The notes under the pieces are model-generated. The model saw nothing but the letters and a program-made list of their open reading frames with translations. It did no database searches and had not been told where the DNA came from. Source: Candidatus Heimdallarchaeota archaeon (GTDB lineage: Archaea > Asgardarchaeota > Heimdallarchaeia > Heimdallarchaeales > Heimdallarchaeaceae). From it: a stretch of 64,000 nt of DNA. Where the stretch lies: contig JAEOSZ010000031.1 of assembly GCA_016840095.1 (NCBI GenBank), positions 32,001 to 96,000 on the forward strand. The letters are read 5' to 3'. Position numbers and translations under genes: made by a program. Below, piece after piece: positions 57,823 to 64,000 of this stretch. Each line of letters begins with the position of its first letter. Within the stretch, counting starts at the first letter, position 1.

Positions 57823-58848
57823 GTGAGAATAATTCCACCAAAAACAAGCGGTAATAGAGCTTCTAATGTTTATACTATAAATGTTCCTGCAAATTTCAAG
57901 GATGCGGTTCTAGAACAATCTAGACAATTTGGAGGAGCAAGTCAAATAATTACTTTGTCTCTTGATGATTTAGCATTAAGAGTAAGAAAGATGAAAAGCC
58001 GAATTAACATAATTGAAGAACTTAATGATTATATTAAATTGGAAATTCTTTTGATGAAAAGATACGAAGAAGAATCGAAAAAGAAACAAGATACTAAACT
58101 ATCATTTCGATTGAAGGATCAAGTAAGTGCTGAGAGCCTTATGTCTCTTAAGAAGAAGACAGGTTGGTCAACATCTAAGACAGTAAGAATCTCTCTACTT
58201 TGGTATCTTTACGCGAATTTTGATGAATTTGTTGCTTCAGAGAATTTTGTACCACTACTGAGATGTTCATTCTGTGGATTTGTGACGCATGATCAAAGAG
58301 CACTAGGAGTTCATGTTCAAACCCTACATGAAACAATATGTCCATACTGTGGAAAACATCATCCAATAACAGAAGAACATCACTGTAAACAGAAAGAGAC
58401 AGCAGCACTACAATTCGATGAGACTCCAGTTCGTCCTGATCAGACTACAATAGATCAATTTACTACAGGTCCTATAGGTGAAATGGATTTAGATGAATCA
58501 AAATTATTGCAGGAACTTGGTTTAAATGATTTAGGTTCATTGCAGCCTTCAGCTGACGAGTCTCGAGTGTCTGAGTTAACTTCTAAAGTTTCAGAACTAT
58601 CTGCTTTGCTTCCGGATAAAGAAGTCTTTGATGAATCAGAAGAACAATTAGAAACTATAAGTGACGAAATTTCAAGAGTTGGAGGAACACTTGTTGACCT
58701 CCCAGATGGAAGTACTTTGAGAGATCTAATTGATGAAAGAAGGAAGACACAGAAATCTAAGAAAGACAAAGATGAGAAAATTGACCAATTACAAGATGAA
58801 ATCTCCGAAATCCTTGAATCTTTGAAAGAAGACGGACTTTTAGAGTAA
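57823..58848 (+). CDS. Putative DNA-binding protein: RHH-like repeats, C2H2 zinc finger and acidic tail
   Basis: CSFC-x12-HVQTLH classical C2H2 spacing; second CPYC...H.C finger; beta-alpha-alpha segments N-terminally. Confidence 0.65.
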   Translation: MRIIPPKTSGNRASNVYTINVPANFKDAVLEQSRQFGGASQIITLSLDDLALRVRKMKSRINIIEELNDYIKLEILLMKRYEEESKKKQDTKLSFRLKDQVSAESLMSLKKKTGWSTSKTVRISLLWYLYANFDEFVASENFVPLLRCSFCGFVTHDQRALGVHVQTLHETICPYCGKHHPITEEHHCKQKETAALQFDETPVRPDQTTIDQFTTGPIGEMDLDESKLLQELGLNDLGSLQPSADESRVSELTSKVSELSALLPDKEVFDESEEQLETISDEISRVGGTLVDLPDGSTLRDLIDERRKTQKSKKDKDEKIDQLQDEISEILESLKEDGLLE

Positions 58849-58906
58849 TTGATACAATGACAAATATAAAATAAAAGTAACTCTATGTAAGTATGGAAGT
58901 GTCTCA

Positions 58907-59758
58907 TTGACAGGTAATCTAAAAATACTTCTTTGTGAGGATGATGATGATATTGCTTTTCTAATTAAAGTTAACATTTTGAAAGCATATCCTGATGCAG
59001 AAGTTGAGATTACTAAAACAAAAGAAGACACATTGAACCTTTTATCTGAGAAGAAATACGATATTGATGTTATTTTACTTGATTATTTATTGGTAAATAC
59101 AACAGGTTTAGAGATACTTGAAGAAATACGACAAGTAACAGAGATTCCTGTCGTTGTAATAACAGGACAAGGTTCAGAAGAAGTTGCTGTTAGTGCTATG
59201 AAACTTGGTGCTTCTGATTATATTGTAAAACGAGGGAGATTCTTTAATCAAATTCCAAATGTAATTGACAAAGTGACTAAAGTTGAATCAAAATATGATT
59301 TAGATAAAATCTTTGTTTCCTTCTTTAGATTTGGTGATTCTGGAACCGATCCAATTTATATAGAGAAAATTCCAAGCGAGTATGAAAATGTAAGAGAAAC
59401 AGTTATTCTAGCTTTAGGAGTTCTTTTATTTACAATTTTTGGAATGGGAGAACTAGATATGCTTGAAACTGGAACTATTTCTGGGCCAGTAAAAATACCA
59501 AAAATGAAACAGTATAATGCTACAAGTTTCCTCTATGTTGTGAGTGATAAGAACCAAAAAGATCCAAGATTCAGAGGTGTTGATTACTGCATTGTTGCCT
59601 TAGGTTATCCTGCTGAGTACTCTGATTTAGTTTATGGTATTGATAAGATTAAGAATATTCTTAACAAATTCTTTGAAGGAGTTAAAGACATTTCTGAAGT
59701 AGAAGAAAGCGCAAAAATAGTAGAAGAACAAATTTACAATGTTGTTCGCAGATTCTAA
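58907..59758 (+). CDS. Response-regulator receiver domain plus unknown C-terminal alpha/beta domain
   Basis: EDDDD, LLDY (phospho-acceptor Asp), ITGQG, GASDYIVK. Confidence 0.85.
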   Translation: MTGNLKILLCEDDDDIAFLIKVNILKAYPDAEVEITKTKEDTLNLLSEKKYDIDVILLDYLLVNTTGLEILEEIRQVTEIPVVVITGQGSEEVAVSAMKLGASDYIVKRGRFFNQIPNVIDKVTKVESKYDLDKIFVSFFRFGDSGTDPIYIEKIPSEYENVRETVILALGVLLFTIFGMGELDMLETGTISGPVKIPKMKQYNATSFLYVVSDKNQKDPRFRGVDYCIVALGYPAEYSDLVYGIDKIKNILNKFFEGVKDISEVEESAKIVEEQIYNVVRRF

Positions 59759-59760
59759 TT

Positions 59761-60924
59761 TTATTCAAATTTCTGCAAGGTTTCTTTATACAACTTTTCT
59801 ATTTTGATAATCTCTGATTCCCAATTGAAAGTACTTTTGTATAAATCAGCTGCCTTTTTCTTCATATTCTCTAATCTTTCTTTATCTTGTAGAAGTGTTT
59901 CAATTGCTTCAGCTATTTCTTCTGGTGAAGTTGGGTCAATGAGTATTCCTATGTCTTCAGTACCTAAAGTAGCTCTTCTCAGACCTTCAAAATTCGAACC
60001 TATGAAAGGTACTCCAGCAGAACAATATTCGTACAATCGATTAGGAATTCTTAGAAAATTATTCTTTCCAGGTTGGAATAAAATCATACCTACATCACAG
60101 CTTCTCATAATGGACAATGCATCAATGTAATACATCCATCCTGTGATTTTGAAGTAATCAGAAAGATTATACTCTTCAATTAGTTGCTTCATAGGTTCTA
60201 ATGATGCTCCTTTTCCCATAATGAGGAATTCAAGTTCTGATGACTTGAATTTATTACTTAATATTTTAGCCGCTTCTACAGTCTTATCGTATCCGAGGTT
60301 ATGGTACATAACACCAAAATGCACAACCCTAAATTTTTTATCTGAGACATATTCCTTTGGAATATCTTTTTTGTGTGCAGCTTCAACATCTGTTCTAGAT
60401 GGGTAATTAGCTATCCATGAGCTTTCTGCTTTGTATTTTCTTTTTAGATTTTCAGAGTAGGTTATACCTGCTGTTACAATCCCACTGACTCTTTTGATAT
60501 AATATCTTTCAACCCAAGTATATCCCCACAGACCTAAAAAACCGAATGTTTCAGACATCTGTTCAGGAAAATTTTCATGGCTATCATAGATGGTTATCTT
60601 TGTGTTTTTTCTCAGTCTTGTTGTAAGAGGAAGAACATTAAGATCATGAAGATGGATAATATCATACTGTTTTTTTCCTACTAATTTCTTCACATTTTTC
60701 CAGAATTCAAAATACTTGAAGAATAATCTCTTAGTACTTGGTACTCTAAGAATAGTGTATCCATCTCTTTCTTCTTCATTGTCTAATTCACTTGTAGGAT
60801 TAGTTCCAATAACAGTAACTTTGTGACCTTTACTTGCTAAATATCTTGCTTCTTTTTCAACTCTCACATCAGGAGCAACTGTGCTTAGAACAACCATTAA
60901 AATATTCCAGTTATCTTGAGACAT
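59761..60924 (-). CDS. Glycosyltransferase family 4
   Basis: D.RV.KEA..L, HLHD, YDSHE, PNRLYEY..AG.P. Confidence 0.9.
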   Translation of the reverse strand: MSQDNWNILMVVLSTVAPDVRVEKEARYLASKGHKVTVIGTNPTSELDNEEERDGYTILRVPSTKRLFFKYFEFWKNVKKLVGKKQYDIIHLHDLNVLPLTTRLRKNTKITIYDSHENFPEQMSETFGFLGLWGYTWVERYYIKRVSGIVTAGITYSENLKRKYKAESSWIANYPSRTDVEAAHKKDIPKEYVSDKKFRVVHFGVMYHNLGYDKTVEAAKILSNKFKSSELEFLIMGKGASLEPMKQLIEEYNLSDYFKITGWMYYIDALSIMRSCDVGMILFQPGKNNFLRIPNRLYEYCSAGVPFIGSNFEGLRRATLGTEDIGILIDPTSPEEIAEAIETLLQDKERLENMKKKAADLYKSTFNWESEIIKIEKLYKETLQKFE

Positions 60925-61004
60925 TGAATTTAGAAGAGTAATTCAATTTTTTAAAGTTTAGTTCTGCTACACATTTAAATACATTTTAGAATAATATCAG
61001 TTTC

Positions 61005-62336
61005 ATGAGTGAAAGATTCAGGTTTCCAGATGAGTTTCTGTGGGGTTCAGCTCAATCAGCATATCAAGTTGAAGGAAATAACTATAACAATGATTGGTAC
61101 GAATTTGAACAGATTCCTGGCGTTATCAAAAATGGAGATAGATGTGGTGAATCTTCTGACCATTACAACTTATTCGAATCTGATTTTAAGCTTCTAAGAG
61201 AACTAAATCAGAATGCTCTTAGAACTGGAATTGAATGGAGTAGAATAGTTCCAGAGGAGAACGTAGTAAATGAAGATGAGTTAGAACATTATCACAAAGT
61301 TATAGAATCATTGAGAAAAAATAATCTGACTGGATTCATTAATATCTTTCATTTTACAATTCCAATTTGGTTAGAAAGAAAAGGAGGATTTCTGAAAACT
61401 AAGAATCTGGAATACTTTCAACATTATTGTGAGGTTTTGGCAAAGAATTTTCCAGAAGTAGATTTTTGGAATACAATTAATGAACCTGGAGTAGTTCCTT
61501 TACTTGGTTATTTGTATGGAGATTTTCCTCCAAGAAAGAAATCCATCACTGCTTTTGCAAAAGTATATAGGAATATGATAAGAGCTCATGCTATTGCATA
61601 TAGGAAAATCAAGGAATACAATCCAAGAAGTCAAGTTGGTATAGTCAAAACCATGCCTTATTTTTATCAAAAATACCATAGTCGGTTATGGAAAAAATGG
61701 ATTGTTTCAGCTATGGATTTTGCATACAATCAAGTTATGTTTAATGCATTAAATAAAGGTAAGCTTCCTTTTGTTCCATTTTCGCACCACAAAATGATTA
61801 AGGATTCTTCTGACTTCTTTGGCTTGAATTATTATGATCCTGTATTTTTCAAGTTTAAATTTGGTATTCCTCTTGAAACTGATTTTAAATTACCAGAGCA
61901 ATCAGAAACTACTCAAATGGGTTGGGGGATATACCCAAAGGGTCTTTATGAGGATATTATGAGAGTAAAAAAAGAATTCAAAGGACCTATATACATTACT
62001 GAGAATGGAATAGCTACACTTCAAGATGAACAGAGACAAAAATTCATCGTAGCTCATTTGGTAGAAGTCCACAAAGCAATCTCAGAAGGTGCAAACGTCA
62101 AAGGATTCTTTTATTGGTCTTCACTTGATAACTGGGAATGGGCAGAGGGATTTGAACCTAGATTCGGTTTGATTGGAATTGATTATAAAACTAAAAAACG
62201 AGAAGTAAGAGAATCAGCAAAGATGTATGGAAGTATTGCAAAAGAAAATGGGATATCAGAGGATTTGCTGAGCAAATATGAGATTGAAAATCCTTACAAA
62301 ACTAATATAACAACTAAGAAAGATTTGGTTATTTAA
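61005..62336 (+). CDS. Glycoside hydrolase family 1 (beta-glycosidase)
   Basis: FLWG.A.SAYQVEG, INEP, ITENG, DNWEW..G...RFGL. Confidence 0.95.
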   Translation: MSERFRFPDEFLWGSAQSAYQVEGNNYNNDWYEFEQIPGVIKNGDRCGESSDHYNLFESDFKLLRELNQNALRTGIEWSRIVPEENVVNEDELEHYHKVIESLRKNNLTGFINIFHFTIPIWLERKGGFLKTKNLEYFQHYCEVLAKNFPEVDFWNTINEPGVVPLLGYLYGDFPPRKKSITAFAKVYRNMIRAHAIAYRKIKEYNPRSQVGIVKTMPYFYQKYHSRLWKKWIVSAMDFAYNQVMFNALNKGKLPFVPFSHHKMIKDSSDFFGLNYYDPVFFKFKFGIPLETDFKLPEQSETTQMGWGIYPKGLYEDIMRVKKEFKGPIYITENGIATLQDEQRQKFIVAHLVEVHKAISEGANVKGFFYWSSLDNWEWAEGFEPRFGLIGIDYKTKKREVRESAKMYGSIAKENGISEDLLSKYEIENPYKTNITTKKDLVI

Positions 62337-62337
62337 T

Positions 62338-62847
62338 ATGTCATTCAGTCTTACTATCTTCTATGATCCAACAATTCAATATGATATTGTTGATCAAATA
62401 ATAAAAGCTCTGAAAGATGTGTTTAACATAAATTTCGTGAGTATTATTTCAAAACCTCTTCTGAAGAACACATTTGATAAAGGACGAAATCAATATGATG
62501 GTCAAAAATTATTGAACTCATTAATTGACAAAGAGAAATTAACATACTTCCTTTGGTTAGTTGATAAAGATCTATATGTACCTGGTCGAAATTTTGTATT
62601 TGGATTAGCCTCTCAATATTTCGGAGCTATAGTCTCTTTTCATAGATTAGAAACAATGAAGATGAAAATCAAAGAGAGCATCCATGAATGTGGTCATATT
62701 CTTGGTTTAGGACACTGCAAAGAGAATTGTGTTATGCAATATTCAAAGAACATAGAAGAAGCAAATTACAAACCAAATACACTCTGTTTGGATTGTAAAA
62801 AATTGTTACTTGAAAACGAAAAAAAAATTGATGAAAACAAAGATTAA
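62338..62847 (+). CDS. amzA: Archaemetzincin (M54 zinc metalloprotease)
   Basis: R.QY, DLY....NFVFG.A, HECGHILGLGHC..CVM..S, C..C. Confidence 0.9.
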   Translation: MSFSLTIFYDPTIQYDIVDQIIKALKDVFNINFVSIISKPLLKNTFDKGRNQYDGQKLLNSLIDKEKLTYFLWLVDKDLYVPGRNFVFGLASQYFGAIVSFHRLETMKMKIKESIHECGHILGLGHCKENCVMQYSKNIEEANYKPNTLCLDCKKLLLENEKKIDENKD

Positions 62848-62892
62848 ATAAGTGCGATACTTTTTTTAGAATTGTAGCAAGGTGCTATTTAG

Positions 62893-63147
62893 TTGTATCA
62901 GAAATATGTAGATTCAATAGTTGAGAGTTGCAAAAAGGACAATAGTTACGTTGTAATGCTAAAATGGGATGCAATTGATGAAGTCCATGAGAAACTTTCA
63001 AAGAATGGAAAACTGATACAAAAAATTGGTAACATGGTTGAGAAGTTTCAATTTGAGAATAACAGAGTATCATTCTACAGAACAGGAAAACTAATGCTTG
63101 TTGGAGTAGAAAACATTGAGCAATTTCTCGCGCAAATACTGGAGTAA
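62893..63147 (+). CDS. Small hypothetical protein resembling the C-terminal extension domain of some MoeB/ThiF proteins
   Basis: SCKKDNS ... SFYRTGKLMLVG; 5 bp upstream of the IscS-like gene. Confidence 0.5.
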   Translation: MYQKYVDSIVESCKKDNSYVVMLKWDAIDEVHEKLSKNGKLIQKIGNMVEKFQFENNRVSFYRTGKLMLVGVENIEQFLAQILE

Positions 63148-63152
63148 AACTA

Positions 63153-64000
63153 ATGTCAAACATAGAAGGATTGTTGAAACAACATGGAACCCCTGAGAAG
63201 GAAGTCTATCTTGATTGGGAAAATGGTTCTGTTGTTGATAAAGAAGTCTACAAGGAGATGAAACCTTTTTATCTAGAAAGGACTTTCGGGAATCCTGCAA
63301 TAACACATCATATGGGATGGGAAACTCTAGACTTTTACATGAAAGCAAAAACCAAGATTGCAAAACCACTAAACGTTGATCCTCAAGCTTTAGCTCTAAC
63401 ACACAGTTTCTCAGAATCAAATAATCTTGCAGTTAGAGGACTTGCAAAAATGAATAAGAAAAGAAAAAAGATTATTGTTTCAGAAGTAGAACATCTTAGT
63501 GTTATTCACACAGCAAAAGCAATGTTTAATGACCAATATCAAGTTGAAATAATCCCAGTTTCTAATGATGGTACTGTTAACCTTGATATTCTCCAAGAAA
63601 AGATAGATAGTGATACTCTGCTAGTAAGTTTACAGACAATAAATCATGAAATCGGAACTATTCAACCTGTAAGAGAAGCTTTAGAGATTGTCAAAGATAA
63701 AGATGAAAGTATATTCTTCCATACAGATGCAACCTCAGCTTTTGGTAGAATACCATTAGATTATAATAAGGTTGAAGTTGATTTAGCCACATTCAATAGT
63801 AACAGAATTCTAGGTCCAAAAGGTATTGCAGGACTCTATATCAAAAAAGGAACTAAACTTAAAGCAATATATGAAGGACAACTAAGCGTTGAAGTTCTTG
63901 CTCCAGATGTAGAAAATCCAGCACTTCTAGCAGGTTTTGCAAAAGCAGTTGAGATACAGTTTGAAAAATTTGATGAGATTAACAATCAGACAAAGAAACT
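63153..64000 (+). CDS. IscS/NifS-like protein lacking the PLP lysine (partial, runs off window end; absent from ORF track)
   Basis: Manual translation MSNIEG...YLDWENG...FGNPA..H...ESNNLA...VEHLSV...NHEIGTIQP...HTDA...FNSNRILGPKGIAGLY; frame open to 64000. Confidence 0.85.
   Translation, partial: MSNIEGLLKQHGTPEKEVYLDWENGSVVDKEVYKEMKPFYLERTFGNPAITHHMGWETLDFYMKAKTKIAKPLNVDPQALALTHSFSESNNLAVRGLAKMNKKRKKIIVSEVEHLSVIHTAKAMFNDQYQVEIIPVSNDGTVNLDILQEKIDSDTLLVSLQTINHEIGTIQPVREALEIVKDKDESIFFHTDATSAFGRIPLDYNKVEVDLATFNSNRILGPKGIAGLYIKKGTKLKAIYEGQLSVEVLAPDVENPALLAGFAKAVEIQFEKFDEINNQTKK

Noticed and set aside
345-63420. Numerous short ORFs in the track overlapping larger genes (e.g. 9879-10364, 51607-52041, 58455-58907, 63091-63420)
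   Set aside because: They are antisense or out-of-frame shadows of well-supported genes and show no recognisable motifs

Overview
AT-rich, gene-dense archaeal chromosomal segment with about 60 CDS and one tRNA-Gly(CCC). I found no rRNA, CRISPR array, transposase or integrase. Archaeal markers are LonB, a class I CCA-enzyme homolog, ThpR, Trm11, a geranylgeranyl reductase and archaemetzincin. Eukaryote-like proteins (an ARPC4 homolog, longin-like proteins, a C2H2 zinc finger) suggest an Asgard archaeon, plausibly Heimdallarchaeia; this is inference. Most of the content is housekeeping: ETF/FixC, peptidases, transporters, TldDE, radical SAM enzymes, a tRNA-processing cluster and surface proteins. 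The most striking pattern is intact genes whose canonical catalytic residues are replaced. (i) Three cysteine-desulfurase homologs (two tandem SufS-like, one IscS-like) all lack the PLP Schiff-base lysine. (ii) A CCA-adding-enzyme homolog lacks two of three catalytic carboxylates, while the tRNA gene in the window encodes its own CCA. (iii) A family B DNA polymerase has a degenerate proofreading domain and shares a 13-bp upstream motif with an RHH/C2H2 regulator gene. All calls come from motifs read by eye and remembered family consensus sequences; no database search was run.
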